From Marsupella aquatica (taxonomy: Eukaryota; Plantae; Marchantiophyta): a stretch of DNA of 64,000 nucleotides. Location: the NCBI GenBank assembly GCA_973895155.1, contig OZ316895.1:928435-992434 (forward strand), given 5' to 3'. The position numbers and the translations under genes were made by a program. Every line of letters starts with the position of its first letter. Positions within the stretch are counted from its first letter, which is position 1. The notes beneath the pieces were generated by a model. The model worked only from the letters and a program-made list of their open reading frames with translations, was not told where the DNA came from and searched no databases. Positions 48,831-63,010 of this stretch are shown in pieces.

Positions 48831-51800
48831 CTGGTAAAAGAAATATATAAAAACTCTAAAAGTTCTCTTGATTTTTGGTCGTCCTCTGCCAAGATTGCAT
48901 GGCAAACATTTTAATATAAGTCCACCCTCTCTAATTCCAAGGACTGGTGCCGCTGACAGCAAGGGGCACATTCTGTCCCATGCTCATTAGAAATGCCCCC
49001 TATTGTGCGGCATCGAGAAGAGACCGTTCAATAGTGTCACTTGGCTAAAAACTCAGGGGCAACCCAAAATTTGCGTTTGTGACAATTAATAGTTATTGAC
49101 ACTAATTATTTAGTAACACGAAATACTTTAAAGGTGCTCACCATTAGTTTTGATCACAAGTGGCACTTCGACTTGCACTCTCCCTCCCCCAACGTAAAGT
49201 GACTACAGCATGAAATGCTTCCGCTCGAAGAAAACTGAGAAGTTGTGAAAACATGCAAAATTATTAGGATCCTTTGAACGTAGCCCGAACAAGTCTTTTC
49301 GCACTCGAGAATCATATCAAACAACAATGCTTGCCCCTCTTCCAACAACAAAAAATAAAAGTTACAACGCAAGACGACGTCAATTCCGAGTGAAAGCGTG
49401 AAGACATCTGACCATTATTTTACGTCCCAGGAGGTGTCGGGAAGTGTGATCCTGACACCACCAGGATAAGATTCAAATCCCAAATGGCCAAATGGGCCTT
49501 ATGAGGTTGTTGATGCAAAGTCAATTCTACAAAAGAAAAGGCCGCTTTGCATGTCATCTGAATCATCCTCCTTTAAAGCTGCATGCTGCTGAACTACCTT
49601 GCCAAAAGCTTAGAGTAGGTCCAGTTGGCGCTGAATCAAATTTTGTGGCGTTTCAATCCAGAGATGGCCAGAAAAGCATCCCTGCTGTTAGAATCCGGGC
49701 AGCATATTTTGTGGCTTAGTTTGCCATAGGTACTGTGGAATCATATCTTGGCTTCAAGATACCCCAATGCATATGTTTTTCAGTGAGGAATTTGGTCCTT
49801 CGTGATTCAATTGGTGTTAGCAAAGTGGCGTGAATTTCAGCTAAGTTGTAAAGAATTTGACGAGCTTGCTCAAAAGCTGTTTCCCCTTGAAAAAACAATT
49901 ATAGAGGATTTGAAGGTATCTTCGGGTTCTCGGGTCCTTTTTCAGGTTGCATGGGTTTCTCGGCATTTCCACGGCCTTGCATTACCGCATTCTGCCTCCA
50001 GTCAGCATAATTATGTCTTGGCGTGGTTGGCTCGTTGGTGGGTCTTTTCTGGACCTGGCTGGTGCTGTGATTACTTCTTATTGGACAATGAAGGCTGCAT
50101 TCAAAACCGAAAGATAAAGTCCCTTGGGCGGGTTTCCTTTTTCTTTCACAAAAGAAAATCCAAAAAAGAAAATATGGGCAGCAGTGCCAATTGCATGAAT
50201 GGAAAAGACGTATTTGCGCAAAATGGTTTCTAACTTTCCAAGCTTCATGATTCATAAAGAGAAAAAATGTATATAGAACTGTACTGCATATAAAAGAGTG
50301 ATAAAAATAAACGAAAGAAGGGGGGGCGTACTGACAGGAAGGAGAGATCATTATAATTGTAATCTAACAGGTAAGGTGGTACATATTACCATCACTGCTG
50401 ACATAAATCTGAATGTAGTAAAATTCCCTCCGCGACTCCAAGTGGTCATGTTAATTGCCCAGCAACAGTGGTAGAAGGGCTCAACATGGCTGGGAAGGTC
50501 GAGGGTTCAATGCTGAGCGAGATTCTAACTTCAAATGGTTCCTTATGGAACTGGGACTTTATAACGTTGGGTTCTCTTGCACTTGGAACCTGGACGACAC
50601 CTGACAATGGATTCCTACAAAATAATCAGAAAGTTTGGAGGGGTTCTATGCATACTCAAAAAGTGAGGGAAAGAAATTTAATACATTCTGCTAAAACAAA
50701 TTAAAACGTAAATAAGTACTCTGAAAAGTAGCACTCCTGAGCAGGTCAGGTGGATTGGCCATTATTACAGCCTAAGAAAGGACTGAATGATCAACTTGCT
50801 TACCACCTGTTCTAGCTGCTCACACTTGTTGCATTGAGTTCATTTTTGTTTGGGCCTGATTTTTTTTATGCCTTCTCCTTGAGTAACAGTTTTAAATGCT
50901 CTCGCTTGGGCCCAGTTTCATTGTGCTCTCTATGGACTGAGGGAAGTCTAGCGCGTGAAGGGTCTTCTCTTTTACGGCCCTTAGCATTCATGCATAGTAA
51001 AAAAAAGTAGGTTGTTTTTCTCCACAGAATCTGCTACACTGCTGCGTGTGAAGGGACACAGCCTTTGCTTGTTCATGGTTGTTGTTTCCACATTCAGATT
51101 TCACAAGCAATATTTCACAGACTGCCCAGTTGAATGAAATGTGTTAATTGCTCTCTTTTTTTCATGCAAAATTCAAAGGTTGGGCCGAAAAGTTTCCCAC
51201 TCCTTCCCTTGGATCTCCTGAAATGTTGTGGTCGAGCCTTCCTAAGGGGGGCAGGGACGGGGGTTGAGGCATGAAAGTCTGATCTGCTCATGCTTTGTCA
51301 TTATTTAACTTAAGGACAGGGTTTTTAGGTACCACACACATGCAAGACACACATTAAGCTTTCAGTCAGCTTACTAGCTTGATTTTGTACTTGTTATGTT
51401 CAGCTGGGCCTTGTTGAATAATAGGCTGTTGCACAGTCGTGAATAACAAACAACTGTGTCTAAATAATTTTTAAGTACCCTTGTCAACAAGCGAGCGAGC
51501 AAATTGAATAACCCCACTAATACTGATCTCCCTGTTTGGATCAATTTTGAGATCATAAATTTACAGTATACTTTAGTAAGTTTTGGGACAACGTCAAGTT
51601 CCCTGTCAGTAATCACACTCAAAATATGATAATATATGGTGTATCTCATTCATTTAAAAAAAACAACAAAATTTATCATCATATGGATAAATGTCATACA
51701 CCATAAATATCATATTCGACATGACCCGTCAAACAATGGTGAAACATTAATTTGATTGTGTGCGAGGAATTGCATTGAGATCGAGGCGACAGGAGATGAT

Positions 51801-54435
51801 CACTAGGATATAATTATACGCCGTGTTCTCTGAAACTATGTCCCGTGATTCATCCACTAATAAACCACAATAATTGCGACGCTCTTACCCTTCTTTTTGC
51901 TTTACTAGATTCTGTAGTATTCCAAGGACCGACAATATATTGGCGAGCCCAATAAAAGTTTAAGTATGAACGTACTGTAAAACCCCTGCTGGTAATCACA
52001 CATCAAAATGTGGTTGCATTCATTGATTGAAAGAGAAAAACTAGGATTATCACGGTATGCAGGGGTGTCATACATAGTATATGTCATATTTTGATGTGCA
52101 GTTACTGAGACCCCTGTAAAACAGTTACAAGTGCACGCTCCTGGGAAGAAGGGTGCATCATGCACTTATATATGGTATGCATTATGTCACAAGTGTACTA
52201 CTTCAATATCAGTGCCTTGTCACTGTATGAATGTCATTATAAAATGACGTGGTTGAGCAAATATTATTAGTTGATAAATGTTATGTGAAATTTGTTTTTG
52301 AGAAAAAGAGATATTTACACAAAAGAGTTATTGCGTTAGGGTTTCATTCTTTGAAAGGGATAATCTTTATAATTATATTAAAGATAAGTGCACAAGATTA
52401 GACCTTTACACAAAATGTTGTGAAATTTTGTACTATGACCACAGTAAAGATTGGAAGATTTTTTTATCAATGTTTATGGGAAGTCTGTCCATTTCCACTG
52501 GGGTGTTGTTATTGCAGAAATGTTATGATTTTAGTCCCTTGTTGCGCTGTTGTGAGGGAGGACAAAGGTGTAAGCATAAGGAGGCAAGCGGGGTGAGGGT
52601 GGAAATTGCATCACGAGTCACAGAGTCTACTCATGGTTGCATAGTAAGATGAATTGTTCATTGTAAGTGTACAAATTGTAAAGAGTGTTATCTGTGCATT
52701 TTTTTATATTCTGCATCAGTCCACAGCTTTGGACATCCATTGGGGCTTTCACAGCAAATCCCTCAGTCCATCCAGACTTAACATTCTACCAAAACATTCT
52801 GTCGCAGCCAATTTATTAGGGGATATCAACCAGGTCTCATTATTGGACTTCACTTGGATAGGTCAATCAGTGTACCTTGGACTGAATTTTTTGAAAAGGG
52901 ACTGATTAGTTGATAGCGTGAACTTCAGTTTAGTATTGTGATGAGACCAAAAATGGGTCCAAACCTTACTGTTCAGAGTATTGTGCACCATAATGTCAGA
53001 ATCGTATTGTCAAAAACACATTATTAAGTGTATTATGGTCACGTAGCCTTTGATTGGGGGCCTGGCTAAATGAATTGTGTGTGACTGTGCATCAACTTGG
53101 AACAGGCCAACCTTGTGGAAGAAAATGAACATAGAAACAAGAGTGGCAGTCCTTCCTTAATATGGGTAAAAACAACCAGGGGACCAAGCACAAAATTATG
53201 GCATTTGGGCTCACCTGGATAAGCAGAGAGGAGGAAAACAACAATTGCTAAATTCTCCTAGCATCAGTGCAATTCATTCTGTGAAAAATCCTACATGAAC
53301 GGAACAATGTTGCTCATCTATTGCTGAGTGTGGGAGGGAACTGAACTGATTTTAGAAGCATGTGAGGTTGTTGTTGCTTTGTCACACGCAATTCATTGTC
53401 CTTGTTAAGATAGGCCTTTTTAGACATCTAGTAAAAGCCACAGCGTTGTCCATTTTCCAAACCTGGCAGATCCACTCCACCATTTTTAGTACAGAATGTA
53501 AAAAAACTGGATAAGAGTGTCTCTTTTGTCCTGCCACCGCTTTGGGAACAGTGGCTGTTGGAGGTATCTCACTATAGGTTCTATCTATCAGGGTTTTCGC
53601 CAACTTTCAATCTTGTCACTCGTATTTTCATGAATGGGTCAGCCTCTTTTGTCAGAAAAAACCAAAAGAAAAGAAAATTCCCAAATAAGACGAGAAGAGT
53701 TGTGCGCTACTAGGAAAGAACTGGATTTAAACACTTGAAAAACATAGATGGTGAAATTATTGCCATACTCGTTGGGATGTATTTGGACACTTGAGATGGA
53801 AATTCTGCTGCCCTGCCCAGCTATTTTTAGGGGCTAAAGTTTGCCCTCCTCCTGAATCATTTGCCACTTTTTGTATCATTAGACATTTTTTGCACCACAC
53901 CACATTATCCATTACCCACAATTTGAAGGTTCTCCATGAATGCTAGGGAGTGCTAATAATGATCATGGATAAATCCAGCAAAATTGTATATGGAAGATTC
54001 TTAGGGGGGTGCTTTACAAGATGGTAATTGTACCTGGGGCCTGACACAAGCTACCAGTATTAATTCTTGTGTAACTTTTTCTACTAGGTGCTACCATTTT
54101 CATAACCCTGTGCCCAGAAAGTCTTATCCAATAAATTTTTTTTCAGACAGGTATTATGTATGATAATAACTTTGGGCTGGGGTTCTAGTCTGAAACCTGT
54201 TCACACAAACTCACAAAAACTTCTCAACTATTGTAGGTCAACATTTCTTCACTCTGGTCACAGGTAGTAACCCCAACCAAAGGGTCATTATTCTATATGC
54301 AACACTTACTAATTTTATAAGAAGATTCTCTAAGATTACCTTGCCCCGCCCCCCTCGCTCTCTGCCGAGCCCACTGCCGTCTCACCTCACTGCCCCCATT
54401 TCCCTACACAACACTGACTAATTTTATAAGAATAT

Positions 54436-55430
54436 CCCTGATAGAGGTGTCTCACTATAGGTTCCATCTATCAGGGTTAATGCCCTGCCCGTCTCATCTC
54501 ACTATAATATGTTGGAGGTGTCTCACTATAGGTTCCATCTATCAGGGTTAATGCCCTGCCCCCTTCAGCTCAGCCGAGCCCACTGCGGCACTGCCTACTT
54601 GCATAGTGCACATTCCTCGTCTGACATTGCCCATGCCCGCAGCCCCGCACGCCCTGCGTGCCTGCCCAACCGGCCCACTGCCCAACTCCATCACAAAGGG
54701 GTACCGACCGTACGGTGGGATCTTGATCCTGCCCGGCCTGCCGGGCACTGTGGGGCTCGCAGACCCTGTCCACTGACTGCCCGACCCAGCGCGAAATTTA
54801 GCAGCGGGCGGGTTTGTAGTGACTGATGAGACGGGGGTGGCAATCGATCACCTCCTTTTACGGATTTTGTTCCTGCTTTCATCAATTCTCTGTTGCCCTG
54901 GAATTGCTCTCAAAAGCTACATTGGAACGACTTTAGATGAGACGGGGGTGGAACTCGATCACCTCGTTTTACGGATTTTGTTCCTGCTTTCATCGATTCT
55001 CTGTTGCCCTTGAATTGCTCTCAAAAGCTAGAACGAATTGAGATGTAATATTTTTTGTGCACACACGGCGTGCATTTGATTATAAAGTGAAAAATACTAC
55101 CTGTCCATAAGCTTTAGATTTACACTTGCTTTTCTTTTTTCTGGTTAGGTGTTTGTCCCCTTTGTAACTCTTTTTCTCTCTTTTTCTTTCCTTTCATTGA
55201 ATTTTGTTTTTCCCTGATTTATAAATTTTGCTGACAGATTCACATTTTATACATATCCTCATGTTGCATTTGATGATAAAGTGAAAATACTACTTATCCA
55301 TAAGCTTTTTATTTTTCCTGGTTAGGTGTTTATCCCCTTTGGAATTTTTTTTTCTTTCATTGTACTTTGTTTTTCCCTGATTTATAAATTTTGCTGGAAG
55401 ATTCACATTTTATACATATCGTCATGTGTC
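54436..55430. repeat. Cluster of local tandem duplications (about 45, 95-110 and 200 bp units)
   Basis: GGTGTCTCACTATAGGTTCCATCTATCAGGGTTAATGCCCTGCCC twice (partial copy near 53562); GATGAGACGGGGGTGG...CTCAAAAGCTA twice; TGCATTTGAT...CACATTTTATACATATC twice. Confidence 0.8.
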
Positions 55431-56535
55431 CACATTGTCATCTCAAAAGCCAGAATGGACGATACTCGATTATCGATACAATGGGAGAAAATCCATGCGA
55501 AGTGATTGGTCTTTCATGCATCTGTGTCCCCCAGACAAAAATGCCTACCTACTGAACGGGCCAGTACGCGACATGAGATTGTAAAGTGAACAGTCCAGAT
55601 TGTAAAGGTGCATAACTACGCAGCACCAACTAGTTCACCAACCCTTTCTTTAATAAACGATGATTTTACTTAACGAGAGAGCTTGCAACATCCAGGATCT
55701 CTGATACAACTCGGCTACAGATTCACGAGAAGACCGAGAAAACAGTCCACGTCTTAACTTGGAGAGCGAAAAGGCCGTGAAGAGCTCCGAGAACCCTAGG
55801 AAAACATGTGTACTCTAATTGTCAAGCAACAATCCTTCAGCTCGTTTATGGTTCAGGGACTCGTGACAATGACTGCGGCATCAACAAATTCCAAAGCGAA
55901 GGAGACAGGAATCTGAAGGAACGGCCCGGTGCTATCAATGCAATATGTGACCAGACCGGACTCTAGCAACAGTTTCTGCATGAACTACCCACATAATGTA
56001 AACGAAGACACTACGGGAGGCGCGTCCAGATCATCAAAACCGATATGATATCATATGAGAAATCACCGACAACTGTGTACTTGGTTCTTACTCCACCAAC
56101 ATTGAACATCAAAAAGTTATTCTTAGCAGCTATTACGGTCAGAGTCCCTTCCTACTAGCATTTCTAGTAGTCCAATGGATCCTTGAGTGTCGTGAACTTC
56201 CAATTTGATCTCTCTGACTGTCACCCATGTCTTCCAACCGAAACGACCTCTAAAACATTTATCCTTTGCAAAAACGCTGTGCCATAGCTCAACAGCACGA
56301 GAACAAGAACCAGACGATAAGAATTGCAAGTCTACTAATACAGGCAACAGCTACCTTGAGCTTGCAGATAAACAGTTCATGACCTACAGGAGTGTAGATG
56401 ATGATTCCATGTAGACCGACAACTGATCTAAGGCCGTGTAAACTCCAAACTTTATTGAGATTTTGTCCAGCATCACATGCAGTCCAATTATGTTCAAAGT
56501 AATGAGAAAGGAGGGAGGAAAGACCACTACGAGGC

Positions 56536-58044
56536 TCAAAGAAATACAATCAAGCATGCTATATCGTCTTTGCTGTGTCTTTGGAGTGCAGCAGAGACCA
56601 CTCTTTGGGCCACCTCCTGTGCAGTGCCTGGAGTGGACCGAACGAAATCTACTACTTCTTGGCTGCTCATAACATGCCAGACTCCATCACTCGCTATGAC
56701 AAAGAACTCATCATCAACAACCAACTGGTCATCCCAGATGTCCGGCTGTACTGAAAGGTGCTCCTTAAGGTCGTAATCACCAAATGCTCGTGACATTGCT
56801 AATCTATGGTCAACCCTATATATTCCACTTGCAAGAGACCTTGAAACAACACCGCCCTTTGACTCCACCTGAATGAGATCACAAGATGGTCCAGTCCAAT
56901 TTCAAGAGAGGGAATTGTCACTGGGAAATATGTATACAACTCGGAAATCCAAAGACATTCTTAAGAACTTATTTAATAGCTGATTCGTGTCAATATAGCA
57001 TGCATATTGACACGTTGTTATTCAAGCTCATACCAATATTTATTGCCAAGAAAGCATTCGTACCATTTGTCGTTCTTCAGGTTTTTGAGGTTCATGGTCG
57101 ACTGATAAATCAACAGCCTTTCCTCCCCTGGACAAGACAGCCCTCGAGTCACCCACGTTTGCAACTATCAAGTGTTTTCCATTATCCAGTAACAACGCTG
57201 TAGTAGCAGTTGATCCGACGCGTAACTTCATGTCTGTGGTTCCCATACCAATAATTCTGCAATGCGCATCCCATTCGTGATTATCCTCATCTTCGTGATA
57301 GTTCTAACTCAGAGAACGAAATCTATCAGAGAAGACACTGAAAGCAAAAACTTGAGGATTATTGCAGATACATGTGCTGAAATAATTTTCTGTCTGCTAT
57401 CTGGGGTGCTATGTATCATTTTCTGGGTTCCACGCACAATTTAAGCTACTAGTTAAAAATTCTGATATTATTGGATTATAATTATCTGGTTGGTTGTCTG
57501 TGCTTCAATGTTCATTTGCTAGCTCTCACGACTAGGAAGCTATACTGTACTTTCGAGAGTGTCATTTCTGTTAAGCTGGGAAAGGCTCTACGATAATGTT
57601 TCCCAGCCAATGCTGCAATGTCTCTGTAAACTGGAGCAAAAAATTCACACAGTTAGAACTGTATACCGCGAACAATTGACATGTTGAGAAACGACACAAC
57701 AGGATGTAATGTAAGACCGAAGCAGACCTTTTATCAGTTTCATGGTATGCTTCAATAATAGACTTCTTTGGATCCTTCCAAAAATCTTCGTGTGTTGTGA
57801 TGACCTCAAACAGATTGTCTGTTAAGTACACTGCTACATCAGGGCCGGCGTGCCCATCCATTATGGCAAACAAACCTATCTCTTGGTTATCTACTTCCTG
57901 AATGCGGGCCACATGAAAGTCTTCAATAGTAACTTTTCTTCGGCCCTTCACTTTTGCAAACCCATAAGAAACTCGAGCTCTCTTTCCTTCCCTGCCCACA
58001 CGCGGCTCACTGTTTCCTCCTGTCTCCAAAAACTTAATTGGTAC
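56536..58044 (-). CDS. Protein phosphatase 2C (PPM family); exons 58044-57728, 57256-57064 and 56868-56536; upstream exon not resolved
   Basis: GT-AG introns join in frame. Motifs [50 protein letters not shown] and SKDDIACL are all intact. Confidence 0.92.
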
Positions 58045-59769
58045 CTGAGCACAAAAATTGAAGAATAAGCAAGTATGAAACACGCTCAATTCCACATCAC
58101 TTTAACAATGATGGAAACACGAACAAAAATTCCAGTTAGACTTTCCCAATTCCATCATAGATATTTCAATGAACCAGCATGCACAAAGAAAAGAGACATG
58201 GGTTCACAAAGACAGATAATGAACATTCAATTCAACTTTAACTCTTCACGCAATGGGATGTATGTAAGTTTAGGTTACTACAAGCTCCTCTGCAGGACTG
58301 GTCATCAGCTTCGCAACATGTCCAATAACTGATATTCAGTTAAGCGAAGAGCATTCAGTTCCTATACAGCAAAAAATATACAGAATGGTTTCCTGTTCCA
58401 AGGGAATCCAATTGGGTATGGGAGGAGGACAACGCATCCGAAAGATGTGGAGGGAACCATTAGGTTTTCTGCTCACATTCACGGATCATAACTATATGTA
58501 GCACAAGCTGCCTTGAGGCTTCTGACTCAAGTGAACAACAACAGATGGATAGACGGCTATACAACCTTACAGATTGCAAATAAGATCTAGAATCCGCAAG
58601 GCCACTGTGAATACAAGTCTTGCATCCTTATAACTAAAATATATGGCAATTGTTTTATATAGCTCGTGGACTAACAGTGGCAGGTAATGGATATTTCTGT
58701 CTTGCGCAACTTTTGACTAACATTCCAAAACTTTGGAACTGGTGCGAGCACTTTTGTCGCCCCTTGCTGGTTTTCAACATAAAATTACATGTTATCTGCA
58801 CACAAGAGGAAGGAGACAGGCATCGGGCTCCTTCCATCCAGGGAAGGTGTGTCATTGGCTCAGCGAGCAAGTAGGAGATGAGCATCGACCGTGATCCTGC
58901 TCCCATTGAAAAGCATCAAGAGGTAGCTCAACACGAGACCCCAACATGAAAAAAACCACTGCGTCTCTACCTTCATCAGTGCTATTTTCTCCCCCGCTAT
59001 TCCGTCCCTTGTATTGGCTGACTGTGGTAACCACCTTGTGAAATATATTTCTGTCCTCAGCACTAAAGTTACTTTAGTGACGCCTCTTACGAAATCCTCT
59101 GGTCTCCCCGTCGTGTGATACTGAGTCGCTGTTGACTCTCCTGCGTATCAACTTGTTTCTCAGAAAGATTTGTGTCTGACATAGTTGTGGAAGTACTGAC
59201 TGAGGAGTGAGCAGTGGAAAATGAGATTCACCCTTTCACGTCCAGATACTTACCAAAGTATCAGCTATCGCCATTGATTAAGAACGGCAACGGGAGAAAG
59301 GGCACCAAAGACGGCCTGAGGACAGCATCTGCAAGGCAAGGCAATCGACAAATGAGCTTGTAAACCGAGCGCATTCGGTAAGTTCTCTGTTTCAAAAGGA
59401 AAAAAAATATCTCACTCATTCTACATTGATGCAGCAAGTAAACTGCTCTGACTACCTAGATTCATGCCACACGCATTTTACAGGAAGTCTTTCAGCCAAA
59501 GATGTTATTCACTTGACTACTGTAGGCTAGCTTGTACTCCTCACTTTGGTATTAATTTTGCAATTTGTATGATTAATTCACCAATCTCTATATGTTACCA
59601 ATTCTACCTACTGAGGGCTCTAGACATAAAATTTCTCTCTATCGATCTCAGGGAGAAGAGCTGGATGAGGCCGCTCACACAAGGCCAGAATGGGTACCAT
59701 GAGCCAATTCGAACCTAGACCAGGAGAATGAGAGCGATATGACTTAACTACCGGGTAAAACCCTATCAT

Positions 59770-60560
59770 GTCCAAAGTGAAGCACTATATGCGTACTCCA
59801 ATGATCACTCTCATTAAGTGACGGCTGGACCTAGATATGGGCGAGAGGAGGAAAACAGAGTCGACAACTTCCGACGCGAATCTGGGCTGACATAATGCAG
59901 CAACACACAAAACCAATTCAGCATCTCAATCGCTGATGGCACTCTCGGGATAGACCCGACTTGGAAGAGCAGATGGAGTCATCTCTGGTTAATTGGGCTG
60001 GAACGCTCCTCCTGCCCAATTAGAGGTTTGGAAAAAATTCAACGCTGGATTTTCACGAATGCGCAGGCTCTAAAGTGGGTGTCAGCGAAAAACTATGCAC
60101 TGCCTGCGAAAACAAGAGAGAGACCGTGGAACACATATTCCTAAATTGCAAGCGACTTACGAGAAGGTGGCAGCTGCTTCAAATCATCTCGGCTGACACT
60201 TGTACAAAGCCATTGGTCTGCACTTTTACAGGAAGCTAGTCAGAGCAATTCGTTCGCAGAAGAGAGATCCGGGTACCAAATTTCCCCCTGAACTCATTTG
60301 TCTCGGAACGACGAACAAGTCGAAGCCCTCACGAAGACGAAGAGGAACAAAATGGTTAAGACAAACTCTTGCACTCTTGCTGAGTTGTCCACACTCGTGG
60401 TCCAACAAGCTCACCGACAGCCGCACCACTATATACCTTCACGAATGAACAGAAACACTAATCCTTTCAGCTTTACCGTGCTTTGGACTTGAGTCTAATG
60501 GCTTTGTGTCCATCAAAGCTTCCACTTCGCAAAGTCACCCTCCTCTAAATTAAAAACAAA
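59770..60560 (+). mobile_element. LINE 3' fragment (zf-RVT region)
   Basis: RETVEHIFLNCKRLTRRWQLL near 60115-60180, preceded by a Trp-rich segment. A-rich tail near 60547-60560. Confidence 0.6.
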
Positions 60561-61420
60561 CCTTAGGGCAGGGTTCCATGTGGGTAAGGTGAGGAGTGAG
60601 CAGCCACACGGATGCCCCAAGGACTTTGGGCCGCCTGCCACACAGGGGCGGTATTGGGGAGCAGGGGGTGCCTCGGCAGTGGGGCGCGAGGAGGCGCGAG
60701 CCCACGCACTCCTTGTGGGGTGCCCTTGCCCCTCGTGGGATACCATCCTGCCCCGGTCACCTGCCAGTGGGCGGTAACTCCATCCGCAGCCCGACCCGGC
60801 CCAACCGAGTCAACCTGGCTGCGGCGACTGGCCCAACCTGGCTGCTGCTTCCCAATTCGCACTCCCGCTGCCGATGTTTGCCTCCCACTTACGACCGTGC
60901 CTTGCAAAAACAAACGCTCCCAGACACAGCTCCTGCCATAGCTTTGAGGCGGCTTGAAGGTCTGCATTGTTGCTTCCACCATAGGTTGGCTTCTGCTGAT
61001 GTTGCTGCTGGCGCCATAGCTCCCATTGTTGCCAGCACACTTCTACAATCTTTTGTGAATGACCCGGTGAGCTTCACGGCTGGCGTCCAAAGTTGGGTTC
61101 ATTTTGGGGCCCTGGCAAAAAGGCCTTGGGCACCTGGAATTGGGCGAAGGGCGTGGGGAACAAGAGGGCGGGGGGCAGTGCATAGTTGTCACATGCGACT
61201 CTGGCCCAGCCAGCCAACAACCTCCCAAGTCGTTGGATGCGAGGGGCAGGGTGGGTCCGCGCTCCCTCCTCGTACGCACATGGAACCTTACTCTTACTCC
61301 ATCAGAAACTCATTCAGGGACTACCCCACCCTTTCCCTCTCCTGTTTGTTTTTTTGCCTTGAAAAACTCTTTATATTACACACCAGAAATCTTACTATAA
61401 AAGCGCCAAGTGAAGTCTAC

Positions 61421-61795
61421 TCTTGAGGCTAAGTCTAGAGTGAAGCCTCTAGACCGTAACTCTATGGCCATCATGTGCATGGAAGACACTCATGACATGA
61501 CTATGATGTATGTACATGTCAATTTTTTGTGATAATTTTTAAGTATTTACATTCAAAAAATATAGGCACTATGGCCCCACCACAACAGATGTGTATAGAA
61601 GATGGATGTGGATACAAATCCCCCCCCCCCCACAATTTTTTTATCATGTCATTAACCTTCAAAGAATATGAATAGATAATATATTTTGATAATTTTTTTA
61701 TTGTCCTCTTCGCTATTCAATAGAGAATATATTTTGATAATTCTTTTATTGTCCTCTCCACTATTCACGTTCAAAGAACGGGTAGTCGGGGCTAG
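61421..61795 (+). mobile_element. Dispersed repeat, possible non-autonomous Helitron (homologous to 23960-24317)
   Basis: Starts TC, ends GGGGCTAG|T, and is collinear with 23960-24317. Confidence 0.45.
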
Positions 61796-61889
61796 TCAAA
61801 GTTTAATACATTTCTGTATCAATGTGGTGGTAGTGGATATGATGACAAGCAAATGACAGTAGCTCATGGCATTCTCATGTACACACCCA

Positions 61890-62375
61890 AGCTCCAAGTC
61901 TCACTTGAAGTGAAGGGCCTTGAGGTGCACATTAATTAAACAATTGAGCTTTGTCAAAGAACCTTGCCCATGGTTTTCAAAGCTCCAAGTCTCACTTGAA
62001 GTGAAGGGCCTTGAGGTGCACATTAAACAATTGAGCTTTGTCAAAGAACCTTGCCCATGGTTTTCATGGCTTTAAGACATATACTTGATGGACCCCCTAG
62101 TGGAAAACCTGCAGTGAGGCAACATGCCCCAACTTTCCATCTATTACAGTCTGGACCACATCCCAAATTCCATAAGTTGAGTTCTTATGTGGTGCCTTTT
62201 TGTGACATTCACCATTTCAGACTTGCCATGTCAATTGCACAAGGCTTGAACATGCCCCAACTTTTCATCTATTACAGTTTGGACCCCCATCCCAAATTCC
62301 TTAGGTTGACTTCTTGTGTGGTGCCTTGTTGTGTCGTTCACCATTTCAGACTTACCATGTCAGTTGCACAAGGCG
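61890..62375. repeat. Two adjacent tandem duplications (about 90 bp and about 128 bp)
   Basis: AAGCTCCAAGTCTCACTTGAAG...CCATGGTTTTCA twice; AACATGCCCCAACTTT...TTGCACAAGGC twice. Confidence 0.8.
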
Positions 62376-62649
62376 CTAGCATAGTAAAGCTTACCAGGGT
62401 CAATGATGCTCCGTACGTACGCTACCAAGTCTACGACAGGAAGCACTATTTACGATCACGTAATGTCTTCTTGTGAAAACATAATGGATTATCCAATGGA
62501 TTATGTCTACGGTTTGTTTTTGTCTGGTAGGACTAGGCAAGTCACAAGCATTGGGATTGAATGACAAATCCACCAAAATCCACATTGACCCTACTCCAAC
62601 TGCCCACATAGGAGCCTTCCTATTTTCACCTATGGCATTGTTAGAGATT

Positions 62650-63010
62650 TCTCAAGTCCTTGTATGGATTGAAGCAGTCTCCCAGACAATGGAACAAGCG
62701 ATTTGATGATTTCATGTTTGCTCAAGGTTTTACAAGGATGGTGTATGATCCTTGTGTGTATACAAAATCAATCAAGAATGATGTATTTGGTTTCATCATT
62801 CTAGTTATCTATGTGGATGACATGTTGATTGTGACTAAAGATCAATCTGAGGTTGACAATCTCAAGGCAAAATTGAGTGTTGAATTTAGGATGAAAGATC
62901 TTGGTAAGGCCAAGAGGATCTTAGGGATGGAGATTTTTAGGAACTCTGAAACTGGACAATTGTGTTTGAGTCAAGGCCAGTATGCAAGGAAAGTTCTTAC
63001 ACGGTTTCCA
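62650..63010 (+). pseudogene. Ty1/Copia reverse transcriptase fragment
   Basis: LYGLKQSPRQWNKRFD...DPCVY...YVDDML...MKDLG...ILGMEI. Confidence 0.9.

Noticed and set aside
49400-53600. Scattered short ORFs and possible exons
   Set aside because: No coherent splice chain or protein motif could be assembled by eye.
58500-58640. Candidate first exon of the PP2C gene
   Set aside because: The donor sites I tested gave in-frame stops or no ATG; transcript data are needed.
60563-61426. 276-aa and overlapping ORFs in a GC-rich patch
   Set aside because: No recognisable motif; ORFs in several frames reflect base composition.
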